Source: Gemmata obscuriglobus (GTDB lineage Bacteria; Planctomycetota; Planctomycetia; Gemmatales; Gemmataceae). Taken from it: a DNA stretch of 32,000 nucleotides. Shown piece after piece: positions 1 through 8,196 of the stretch. Within the stretch, counting starts at the first letter, position 1; every line of letters starts with the position of its first letter. The notes below the pieces were generated by a model. It had not been told where the DNA came from, did no database searches, and saw nothing but the letters and a program-made list of their open reading frames with translations. Both the position numbers and the translations under genes were made by a program. The stretch spans positions 7,230,001-7,262,000 of the forward strand of contig NZ_CP042911.1 in the NCBI RefSeq assembly GCF_008065095.1. The letters run 5' to 3'.

Positions 1-1438
1 CCGCCAGCTCGAACACCGTTCGCGCTTTCCCCACCGCTTCCCACGGGCGCGCCGTCCGGTTGGCCCAGACGCCGTAGAGGATGGCGACGTGATTCGCCGA
101 GAGCCGCGCGGCCCGCGCGAAGTGGGGGGCGGCATCGCAAAGGGCGAGCACCTCGCGCGGGGTACATTCGGCTTCGAACGCGGACGCCAGGAGCAGCGCC
201 CGCAGGCGGGCGAGTTCGCCCGTGTGGCGCGGGGTGCGGAAGTACACCGCCAGAACGTGCTCGGCGAAATCGGCGGACCGCTCGCCCCGGAACACCGGCG
301 CGATCAGATCCGCCAATCCGGCCGGATAGTCACGTCCGAAGCGGGCGCTGTCGCCCACACGTAGCGCGAGCGCGGTTGCGAGCAACTGCCCCTCGCCCCG
401 GTTCGCGTTCGCCCGGGCCACCAGCGCGTTTAGCGGGTTCGCACGATCGAACGGGTCGCCGCGGCCCACGCTGGTGACGCAGAGTCGCGTGAGGAAGCGG
501 GCGGCGTCGCGCCGGTCCGTGAGCTTCCGCGCCAGCGTCCGCCAGGCGGCGTTGAGAGCCAGATCGTCCGGCGCGCCTTTGGACCGGAAGAGGGCTCGGC
601 CGAGCAGATAGGCGAGGGCGGACAGCACGAGAGCCCGCGCGACCGGTATCACCAGCGCGCCGGCCAGCATCACACCCGCGCCCAGCAGCGTCGCCCGCAC
701 CCGGGGGGGGGATAGGACCGGGGCGGTGGCGACGAAGCCGTCGCCGGCGAGCCGCCCGTTCGCGAGGGTGAGTTCCGGCGGCAGGTCGGGCACTTGAGGC
801 GGGATGTCGCTGAAGCACCCCGGGCACAGACTCACCCCGCGCTCACGAGCGGCCGAGCACAGCGGCACGGTTTCTTCCGGCGTGGCCGTGCCGGCCGCCC
901 ACACGCCCGCCTGGCGCGCGCCGGTGCGGAACGCGGCCCGGTCGATGAGCGCCGGGTCGCCGGTGGCCGTGTGTTCGGCCCGGAGCACCTCTGCTATTTG
1001 CGCGTTCGAGTACACCTTCCCTTCGACCAGTTCGAGGCGGTGCTCGTGCCAGAGGTGCTTCGCCATCTCTGCGCGGGGGAGCTTGGTGTTGCACCGCGGG
1101 CACGTAAGCTTCACCTTGCGCTCGCGCCGCTCCACCAGCGCATCGAGGGCGCCGGAGCGCTCCGTGAGGTGCTGGAGGTGCCGGAGCCGGCGCAGCGCCC
1201 GCGCCGGCGGGACGCGACCGGTCAGGGCCCGGACCACGTTCCGGACCGCGCCGGGGTGGTCCGGCAGCGCGTCGATCGCGCGCGCCGCCGCGGCGTACCG
1301 CACGGCCAGCGGGATGCCGGGCTGGGCGAGTAGGGGAAGCATCCGGCGCACGAGCGGCGCGCGGGCGGCGGGCGCGGCCCCGCGCAACTGCACCACGAGG
1401 CGGGCCAGCGCCGCACGCGGGTCGGTCGGCACGGACAT
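1..1438 (-). CDS. Hypothetical protein, 3' end beyond window (>=479 codons), with a C2H2-like zinc-binding motif and one hydrophobic segment
   Basis: Absent from the ORF track because it has no in-window stop. Manual translation from ATG 1438..1436 (MSVPTDPRAALARLVVQLRGAAP...) stays open to position 2 with strong GC3. Motifs CPRCNTKLPRAEMAKHLWHEH and CSAARERGVSLCPGC. Hydrophobic stretch LLGAGVMLAGALVIPVARALVLSALAYLL. The start overlaps the upstream stop as TGATG. Confidence 0.6.
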   Translation of the reverse strand, partial: MSVPTDPRAALARLVVQLRGAAPAARAPLVRRMLPLLAQPGIPLAVRYAAAARAIDALPDHPGAVRNVVRALTGRVPPARALRRLRHLQHLTERSGALDALVERRERKVKLTCPRCNTKLPRAEMAKHLWHEHRLELVEGKVYSNAQIAEVLRAEHTATGDPALIDRAAFRTGARQAGVWAAGTATPEETVPLCSAARERGVSLCPGCFSDIPPQVPDLPPELTLANGRLAGDGFVATAPVLSPPRVRATLLGAGVMLAGALVIPVARALVLSALAYLLGRALFRSKGAPDDLALNAAWRTLARKLTDRRDAARFLTRLCVTSVGRGDPFDRANPLNALVARANANRGEGQLLATALALRVGDSARFGRDYPAGLADLIAPVFRGERSADFAEHVLAVYFRTPRHTGELARLRALLLASAFEAECTPREVLALCDAAPHFARAARLSANHVAILYGVWANRTARPWEAVGKARTVFELA

Positions 1439-1797
1439 CAGCCGATCTCGTGAATGGGTTCGTCGCCGGTCGGTTTTTGCACCCGCGGACGTAACAGGAA
1501 CGGCCCGGCGTCGTGGGGACCGAGGGACCACGTCCCCGAAATGCTCCCCTCGCCGTCGGGGCGGCCGACGTAGAGCACTTGATGCCGCCGGCGCCCGTCG
1601 GTCGTGACGTACTGCTTCACAAGCCGCACGGCGCCGGTCGTTTCATCGCAGGTGCCGGCGAACGTGAACGGCCCCACCACGTCGCGCCCCTCGCCGGTCA
1701 CCGTACCGTCGGTAAAGTGCAGCGTGAACGGTGTCATCGCCTGGCGGCCCATGTGCCTCTGAACCCAGAACCCGTCCCAGCGGCCCGATGGGTACAT
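1438..1797 (-). CDS. Hypothetical small soluble protein (119 aa), Gly/Thr/Trp-rich, probably beta-rich
   Basis: ORF track 1438..1797. The ATG is preceded by GGAGGG (mRNA uugGGAGGGaccgAUG). High GC3. The stop is coupled to the downstream start. I recognise no family. Confidence 0.65.
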   Translation of the reverse strand: MYPSGRWDGFWVQRHMGRQAMTPFTLHFTDGTVTGEGRDVVGPFTFAGTCDETTGAVRLVKQYVTTDGRRRHQVLYVGRPDGEGSISGTWSLGPHDAGPFLLRPRVQKPTGDEPIHEIG

Positions 1798-1934
1798 CGG
1801 TCCCTCCCAAGGTGTGCCCCGCGAAGCTGTTGCACGGCGGATCGGCCCGCGGGCGCGGGGCGGGCGTCCTCGATTGTACTCCGGTGCCGCCCGCGTTGCC
1901 TACCCGGTGCGGCCCGGCGCTCTAAGGTTGCTGA

Positions 1935-2843
1935 ATGAGTCAGTCCGACCCCCGGCCGTACCTGTGGATGCTGTGCGGCGCGTTCGCGTTCTCGGTGATG
2001 GCGGTGCTCGCCGAAGACCTGACCCGCACCCGCCCGGGCGGCGCCCCGCTGTGCGACTGGCAAACGATGGCCGTGTTCCGCGCCGCCCTGGTCGCGCTGT
2101 TCGCGGCGGCGCTCGCGAAACACGCCGGGGCCAAGCTGGTGTGGTTCCGGCCGGGGCGGCTGTGGGTGCGGAGCGTCGCGGGCAGTTGCAGCATGGTCGG
2201 CACGTTCTACGCCTTCGGGAACCTGCCAGCGAACGACGTGGTCACGCTCACCAACACGTTCCCGTTGTGGGTGGCGCTCATTTCCTGGCCGCTGTACGGC
2301 GAGGCGCCGGGCGGGCGGGTGATGATCGCGATCGCGGTCGGCATTACGGGCGTGGTCCTGGTCGAGCAGCCGCACCTTGAGGCCGGGAGGCTGGCGGTGT
2401 TCGCGGCGCTGGCGGCGGCGGTGTTTACCGCGGTCGCGATGCTCGGGCTGAACCGGCTCCGCGACATCGACCCGCGGTCCGTGGTCGTTCACTTTTCCGT
2501 CGTCGCGACGGTGTTTTGTGCCGGCGCGTTCTTCCTCACACCGCGCCAGCAGCCCGTGACGCGGGTACTGGAGTTCGGCGTAATGGCTCGCCTCATCGGG
2601 ATGGGAGTCGCAGCCACCGCGGGACAGGTGTTCCTCACGCTCGCGTTCGGCCGCGGCGCGCCCGCGAAGGTGTCGGTGGTAGGGCTGACGCAGATCGTGT
2701 TCGTGATGGGGCTGTGCGCGTGGGCCTTCGGCCGCGGGGTGAACGAGATCGCGGCGGCGGGCACCGCGCTGGTGATCGCCCCGACCGCGTGGCTCCTCAG
2801 CCGCCCGCGGGCCGCAAAACCAAAAGAGGTGAAAAACACGTAA
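1935..2843 (+). CDS. EamA/DMT-superfamily transporter (about 10 TM)
   Basis: 302-aa polytopic hydrophobic protein with two halves typical of EamA repeats (LWMLCGAFAFSVMAVLA..., FPLWVALISWPLYGE...). The antisense ORF 1734..2930 is an Arg-rich shadow. Confidence 0.8.
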   Translation: MSQSDPRPYLWMLCGAFAFSVMAVLAEDLTRTRPGGAPLCDWQTMAVFRAALVALFAAALAKHAGAKLVWFRPGRLWVRSVAGSCSMVGTFYAFGNLPANDVVTLTNTFPLWVALISWPLYGEAPGGRVMIAIAVGITGVVLVEQPHLEAGRLAVFAALAAAVFTAVAMLGLNRLRDIDPRSVVVHFSVVATVFCAGAFFLTPRQQPVTRVLEFGVMARLIGMGVAATAGQVFLTLAFGRGAPAKVSVVGLTQIVFVMGLCAWAFGRGVNEIAAAGTALVIAPTAWLLSRPRAAKPKEVKNT

Positions 2844-2850
2844 CCCGCTC

Positions 2851-2889
2851 CCGCCGGTCCCGCACCGAAACTCGGTGCGGGACCGGTGG
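2851..2889. terminator. Bidirectional terminator-like hairpin between convergent genes
   Basis: Perfect 15-bp stem ccggtcccgcaccga (2854-2868) / tcggtgcgggaccgg (2872-2886) with a 3-nt loop, extended by 3 more pairs. It lies between the EamA stop (2843) and the ccsBA stop (2899). No clear U-tract. Confidence 0.6.
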
Positions 2890-2898
2890 GCGGGCGGC

Positions 2899-5800
2899 TC
2901 AACGCCGCTTGCCGGACTTCTTCTTGTCACGAGGCGAGTGACCGTTCCCGTTTGGCGAGCCGTTGACCGGAACCGTACTCACGGCCAGCGCCGGGGCGGC
3001 GAGCGGCTCCACCGGCGGCGGAGCGACCGGCGTCACCGGGACCGGCGCTTCGGGCGCCGGAGCGGCCCGGCGGAACCCGCTCTCCCAGAAGTGCCGCGGG
3101 ATTGCTCCACCCACGGCCAGAATCACGAACTGCAAGAGCCAGAAGTTGAAGCACCCGTCCGCAAGCCGGCTGTCGAACCCGTAGGCGTGCAGCCCAATGC
3201 CGAGCTGGTTGGTCCCGAACCAGCTCCACGCGGTGATCACGTTCCCGAACACCGACAGCACCGCCACGCCACGGTCCTTCACCAGCCCGCACCAGCGGGC
3301 GTGCAGGATCAGGGCGTTCCACAGCACGATGAGGACCGCGCCGTTCTCCTTCGGGTCCCAGCCCCAGAACCGGCCCCACGACTGGTCCGCCCAGATGCCG
3401 CCCAGCACCGTCCCGATGAAGCTGAGCAGCGTCGCGAACGCGACCACGCCGTAGATCATCTGGCCCATGATCTTCCCGCTCTCGGGCGTCAGCGCGAGGG
3501 CGACGACCGGTTGCGCCGGTTCCGGCACACGCCCCTGGAGCGGCCGGCCGTGCGCGTCCACGCCGACGGCCATCACCCGCAGGGCCAGTAACAAGGCGCC
3601 GTAGACGCCGACCACGGCGGCCGCGACCCAGAACCCGAAGTCCAGCAGCACCGCGGGGAGCACCTCGAACTTCTCCAGGGCCGTTTTCGCGAACCACATG
3701 AAGAACACCGGCACCGCCACCAGCCCCAGCACGGCGGTGCCGAACGCGAGCAGCGACCCGACGCTCGGCTCGCCGGTGCTCCGGTACGAATCGCGGACCA
3801 CCGTCGCCAGCATCATCACCACGTAGACGGCGCCGAGGAACCCGGCCACGAACGTGGCGGTGTACCCGAGCGTCACCGTGGTGACGTGGGTCGCCAGCCA
3901 GAAGTTCGTGTCCAGCACCGCCTGCATCATTTCGAGCGTGTCTTGCGTGCCGAGGTTGTGGGCCACGATGCACGTGGACAGCCCCAGCACCGCCGCGACC
4001 GTGTTGCCCACCCCGATCGGGAAGATGCGTTCCAGCACCAGGCACAGCGCCACGCACCCCCAGCCGATGAACACGGCCGACGAGTACAGGTTGGTCACGA
4101 ACACCCCGGGCCGCTCCATGATGTACATGCGGGCCAGCAGCGCGGCGGTGTGGACCAGGAGGGCCACGAGCAGCAGCGCCGTGTCGGCCTTCCGCAGGGC
4201 GACCGCCCACCGGGGCCGCTCGGCGGCGTACATCACGAACCCGACCGCCGCCAGCACGAACGCCAGGATGTACATGGCCGAGCACTGGAGGAACGGGGCG
4301 AACCGGTTGTACGCCACCTCCGCCCCGGTGCGCCGCGCGTCCGCGGGGGACACCCCGCCCAGTTGCGTCGCGCGGTAGTCGGCGACGGCCGCGTTGAACG
4401 CGGTCGGGTCCTTCGCGCGGTAGGTCGAAATCATCCGCTCCCAGCCCTGCGCCGCCGGCGCGGTCGCCAGCCGCGCCCGGTACTCCGCTTCAATGCCGTC
4501 GCGGATGCGGCTCGCCTCGGCCGCGGGCAGCGCGGCGAGGGTCGCGGCGTTCCACCGCGGCCGCGCCTCGGGCGGGATCGCGGTCGCGGGCTGCTGGAGC
4601 GCCTTCACGACGAAAATGAGCGCGTCCATCTGGCGCTTCTCGTCGGCCGCGCGGTTCAGGTCCACCCCGGCGAACGCCAGCACCACCTGCCGCGCCTCCT
4701 CGCGCGACAACTGGTACAGCCGGTCGGGGTTCTTGTTGAGCGCCGCCTGGGCCGCGATCAGCCCGTTCAGTTCGGCCTCGTCGCGCAGCCCGCCCAGCGC
4801 CCCCCAGGCCCGGCCCTCGGCCGGGGCCAGGTGGTGCAGCGTGTCCTTGCCGTGCGTGTCCAGGGCCTTCAGCCGGTTCAGGCCGCGCACCAGCGTCAGG
4901 TGTTCGTCCAGTTCGATGAACTTGGCGCCAACGAGGTCGCCGGCGCCCGCCTTGTTGGCCCGCCGGGCCGCGGCCGCCTTCTCTTCGAGGCTCGGGAGGC
5001 CGGGCCGGATCTCGGCGAGCGAGTACCGCAGTCCCTCCCGCTTGGGCAGGTTCAGGTCCTGCCGCACCTGGTCGTTCTCGACCCGGAACACCTTGTGGTG
5101 CCACGCGGGCGACTCGTCGTCGAACGAGCCCGCCGCGATCACGTCCGCGTACCACTTGATCGCGGGCTGCTCCCGGTCGCTGTCGTCGACGAACACCTCG
5201 CGGTGCGAGACCGTCCGCAGGTACACCCGGGCCACCGACTCGAGCGGCTTCACCCGCCCGCCCTCCAGCACCGGGATGCGGGCGAACGCGTCGAGGTTGT
5301 ACGGCTCCCGGAGCGACCGCGGCGTCATCCGCCCCACGGCCGCCAGCACGGCCAGCACGGCGATCCCGAGAACGATCCAGTGGAGCACGCCCGACACCGT
5401 GCGCCCGCCCGGCGCGACCACCGGCGCGGCGGCGGCAGCCGGACGGGTCCGGCTCCGCGCGAGGAACTGTGTCAGGAAGATGCCGAAGTGCAGCACCAGC
5501 CCGAACCCGACCACCGCGCACGCGAGGTAGTCGATGGACGCGTGGAACAGCCCGAACACGTCAATGTGTCCCGGGTTCTTGACCACCTGGAGCACCGTCG
5601 CCTTCTCGGTGTCCTTGTCCCAGTCGGCCTGGTAGAAGGTCTCGCCGGCGTGGCGGAGCGGCTCGTTCATCGCGATCCGCGTCTTCCGGACCGGTTTCGA
5701 GCTGCCGGGCTCGTTCACCTCCACGTCGCTGGAGAAGTTCTTCGGCTTGTCGGTGCCCTCGTACCGGTCGAAGCTGAACTTGAGGAGCTTGACGCTGTAC

Positions 5801-7185
5801 GGCTTCGGGTAGTGGGCGTTGCGCAGCGAGAGCTGGTACGGCGTGCCGTCGATGGTGACCGACTGGTTCTGAAGGGCCGTGAACAGTGCGACCGCGTAGG
5901 TGCCGATCACCTCGTCGGTGCCCTTCTTGTAGAGCCGCACGTAGGCGGCGGTCGCGTCGCCGCGCTGCTTCATCGCGACGCCCGACTCCTCGCTCGCCGG
6001 GATCACGACCAGGTCACCGGCCAACCCGCCGGTTTGGGCCTTCGTCACCCGCGCGACGTCCACCCGTTCGGCCCGCGGCATGAACTTGAGCACCTCGACC
6101 GTGACCGCCACGTCCGGGTGGCTGATCCGCGAACCGGGCGCGGCGTCCGCGAGCCGGTCGAGGGACACCTTCATGGTCCGGTCGAACCCCGGGTGCGACT
6201 CGTCCACAACCACCAAACCGTCATCCGCGAGGGCGACCCGCCCGGTCGCGGTGCCGACCCCGAACCGCTGTTCCTTCACCTGCGGGGCCACCGCGAACGT
6301 CCCGAGGGCCGGGAGCGGCCCCTTGCCCTTCGCCTCGGCCCCCGCTTTCATGTGCAGGCGGACGTACGCCGCCGGCCCGGCCTCGTGTGCGCGGCCCTCC
6401 GGGGCGTCGAGGAAGACGGAGTCCGTCAGCTCACCGGGCGCGACCTTGGGGGTGTCGAGCAGGTCCGAGTTCTTCATGAACTGCAGCACTTCGACATCGG
6501 CGGGAAGGTCCGGGTGGCTGATCCGCGTGCCGGACGCGGCCGCCTTGAGCCGCTGCTGCGAGACGGCCGCGACGCGGTCGAACGCCGGGTTCGTTGGGTC
6601 CACGAAGGCGAGTTCGACGTTCCGCGTGTCGATGGCGAAGTCGGTGGACGAGCCCTCCTCGATCCGCATCTGCTGCTCGACGGCGAACTCGCGGGTCACG
6701 AACTCGCCGACGAACAGCAGGATCAGCCCGCCGTGGATCAGGAACACGCCGGTGCGCTTCCAGGTGAGGCGGAACCGGGTGGCGTGTGCCGCGAGCAGGT
6801 TGACGAGCATCGCCAGCCCGACGGCCTTCCCGGCCGGGAACGGGAACGAGCCCTTCCACTCGGCCCCGGTCTTCGGGAACGCCTCCTCCCAGAACACGTT
6901 GAGGAACTTGCGGAACAGCTCGAACGGAACGTCCACCGTCCACGACCAGAAGTACTTGTCGACGACGGTCCAGATGCCGAAGTCGATCTGGGCCAGCGTC
7001 CCGAAGAACACGAGGAGCACGCCGACGGCCAGCAGCCCGACCGTGAGCTGGAGCGAGCTGAGCGCCTTCAGCCCTTTGAGCGCGTAGTAACCAATGCTGT
7101 AGCGGTCGGGCCGGCGCGCCCCGCGGGGCGCGGGGGCCGGGGGCTCGCCGTGTTCGCCGGGCGTGTGCGGCAGGGTCGTGCTCAT
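2899..7185 (-). CDS. ccsBA: Fused system II cytochrome c synthetase CcsBA (ResB/Ccs1 N-terminal part plus CcsA C-terminal part), 1428 aa
   Basis: N-terminus is ResB-like (YYALKGLKALSSLQLTVGLLAVGVLLVFFGTLAQIDFG). C-terminus carries the CcsA WWD motif WGRFWGWDPKENGAVLIVLWN and the distal His motif GIGLHAYGF. GAGGAG lies 8 nt upstream of ATG 7185. Confidence 0.9.
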   Translation of the reverse strand: MSTTLPHTPGEHGEPPAPAPRGARRPDRYSIGYYALKGLKALSSLQLTVGLLAVGVLLVFFGTLAQIDFGIWTVVDKYFWSWTVDVPFELFRKFLNVFWEEAFPKTGAEWKGSFPFPAGKAVGLAMLVNLLAAHATRFRLTWKRTGVFLIHGGLILLFVGEFVTREFAVEQQMRIEEGSSTDFAIDTRNVELAFVDPTNPAFDRVAAVSQQRLKAAASGTRISHPDLPADVEVLQFMKNSDLLDTPKVAPGELTDSVFLDAPEGRAHEAGPAAYVRLHMKAGAEAKGKGPLPALGTFAVAPQVKEQRFGVGTATGRVALADDGLVVVDESHPGFDRTMKVSLDRLADAAPGSRISHPDVAVTVEVLKFMPRAERVDVARVTKAQTGGLAGDLVVIPASEESGVAMKQRGDATAAYVRLYKKGTDEVIGTYAVALFTALQNQSVTIDGTPYQLSLRNAHYPKPYSVKLLKFSFDRYEGTDKPKNFSSDVEVNEPGSSKPVRKTRIAMNEPLRHAGETFYQADWDKDTEKATVLQVVKNPGHIDVFGLFHASIDYLACAVVGFGLVLHFGIFLTQFLARSRTRPAAAAAPVVAPGGRTVSGVLHWIVLGIAVLAVLAAVGRMTPRSLREPYNLDAFARIPVLEGGRVKPLESVARVYLRTVSHREVFVDDSDREQPAIKWYADVIAAGSFDDESPAWHHKVFRVENDQVRQDLNLPKREGLRYSLAEIRPGLPSLEEKAAAARRANKAGAGDLVGAKFIELDEHLTLVRGLNRLKALDTHGKDTLHHLAPAEGRAWGALGGLRDEAELNGLIAAQAALNKNPDRLYQLSREEARQVVLAFAGVDLNRAADEKRQMDALIFVVKALQQPATAIPPEARPRWNAATLAALPAAEASRIRDGIEAEYRARLATAPAAQGWERMISTYRAKDPTAFNAAVADYRATQLGGVSPADARRTGAEVAYNRFAPFLQCSAMYILAFVLAAVGFVMYAAERPRWAVALRKADTALLLVALLVHTAALLARMYIMERPGVFVTNLYSSAVFIGWGCVALCLVLERIFPIGVGNTVAAVLGLSTCIVAHNLGTQDTLEMMQAVLDTNFWLATHVTTVTLGYTATFVAGFLGAVYVVMMLATVVRDSYRSTGEPSVGSLLAFGTAVLGLVAVPVFFMWFAKTALEKFEVLPAVLLDFGFWVAAAVVGVYGALLLALRVMAVGVDAHGRPLQGRVPEPAQPVVALALTPESGKIMGQMIYGVVAFATLLSFIGTVLGGIWADQSWGRFWGWDPKENGAVLIVLWNALILHARWCGLVKDRGVAVLSVFGNVITAWSWFGTNQLGIGLHAYGFDSRLADGCFNFWLLQFVILAVGGAIPRHFWESGFRRAAPAPEAPVPVTPVAPPPVEPLAAPALAVSTVPVNGSPNGNGHSPRDKKKSGKRR

Positions 7186-7234
7186 GGTGCGTGCTCCTCG
7201 CGGTCCCGACCGCGTGGCCCGGGAAAGGTGTAAG

Positions 7235-7837
7235 CTACTTGCCGCCGCCCATCATCATGGGGCCGCCCTTCGGGGCGGGGTTGTTCGGGCCGCGGAGGTC
7301 GGCCTTCAGCCCCTTCACGCCCTTCGCCTCGACCGGCTTGGTGACCTTCGCCACGTCTTCGGGGCCGAAGCTCTTCTGGCCGAGTTGGTCCACCGCCCAC
7401 CGTTTGAGGTTCGGCTCCACCCCGCCGGTCGAGGAGGTGATGGTGACCTCGTACTTGCCGTCCGGGGTGCGGATCGTGGCGATCACGATCCCGGCGCGCC
7501 CGGGGCCGACCTTCCAGCCCTCGGGGGCATCGAACTTGGGCTGCCCGCCCGGGGCCAGAGACACGCTGGCGAGGAGCTTGTCGAAGTCGGCCTCGTACTT
7601 GGCGAGGTCGTCCGCCGGCCCGGGGAGCTTGAAGAACCACTCGGGCGAGTCGGCGGGGTACATGGCCCCGAGGATGCGGTACTCGCTCACCGCGCCGCCG
7701 CCACCACCACCGCCGTTAGCTTTCGGGGCAGTGGACACGCTGATCCCGTCGCCCCCGCACCCGAGGACGCCGGCCGCGAGGCACGCGACCAGTACGAACG
7801 GCGCCATAGGGCGAAACCGGAAGTTAGGCGTTGGCAT
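7235..7837 (-). CDS. Hypothetical lipoprotein (about 200 aa) with a poly-Gly linker
   Basis: The inner ATG at 7837 gives MPTPNFRFRPMAPFVLVACLAAGVLGC, a lipobox-like signal. The track ORF start at 8059 adds an Arg-rich, non-protein-like extension. An alternative ATG is at 7807. It ends 49 nt upstream of ccsBA on the same strand. Confidence 0.65.
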   Translation of the reverse strand: MPTPNFRFRPMAPFVLVACLAAGVLGCGGDGISVSTAPKANGGGGGGGAVSEYRILGAMYPADSPEWFFKLPGPADDLAKYEADFDKLLASVSLAPGGQPKFDAPEGWKVGPGRAGIVIATIRTPDGKYEVTITSSTGGVEPNLKRWAVDQLGQKSFGPEDVAKVTKPVEAKGVKGLKADLRGPNNPAPKGGPMMMGGGK

Positions 7838-7974
7838 GAGGTGAATTCTCGGAGACGGCCCGCGGTCGGGCCGGATGCGGGCGGGCGCGACGAAATAACT
7901 GATACCGGCATTCTCGACAGGGGGCGGGTCCGAGTCAAGGCGAGCGCGGCGAACCCTTCGCCCCCGATCGCACG

Positions 7975-8019
7975 GCGAACGACCGGGCCGCGTCACGTAA
8001 TCGCGGCCCGGTCGTTCGC
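7975..8019. repeat. Perfect 18-bp inverted repeat (hairpin) in a divergent intergenic region
   Basis: gcgaacgaccgggccgcg (7975-7992) / cgcggcccggtcgttcgc (8002-8019), loop tcacgtaat. The octamer tcacgtaa recurs at 8050-8057. Confidence 0.7.
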
Positions 8020-8196
8020 GCCCGTACTTCGAACCGAAACGCCCGCCCTCACGTAACACCGGGGCCGGGCCGTCCGGTTTTGCCTAAAAGTCTTGTTTCC
8101 CGGTTCGGTGCGGGTAGAACAGTCCGGAACGTCAACCCCGTCCCGGCCCCGCCAGGACTTTTGGCAGCTTCTGCAGGTTCACAGGAGATACCTATC

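Noticed and set aside
3886-7233. 1115-aa plus-strand ORF (and 2927..4285, 4490..5521, 4493..5530, 6080..7087) overlapping ccsBA
   Set aside because: The translations are Arg/Gly/Pro/His-rich low-complexity strings with no motifs. The minus-strand frame has clear ResB and CcsA motifs and GC3 bias. These are typical shadow ORFs of high-GC DNA.
7691-7712. Run of Gly codons (GGN x7-8) in the lipoprotein gene as a possible slippage repeat
   Set aside because: The codons are mixed (gcc/acc complements), not a perfect trinucleotide repeat. Most simply a flexible linker after the lipobox.
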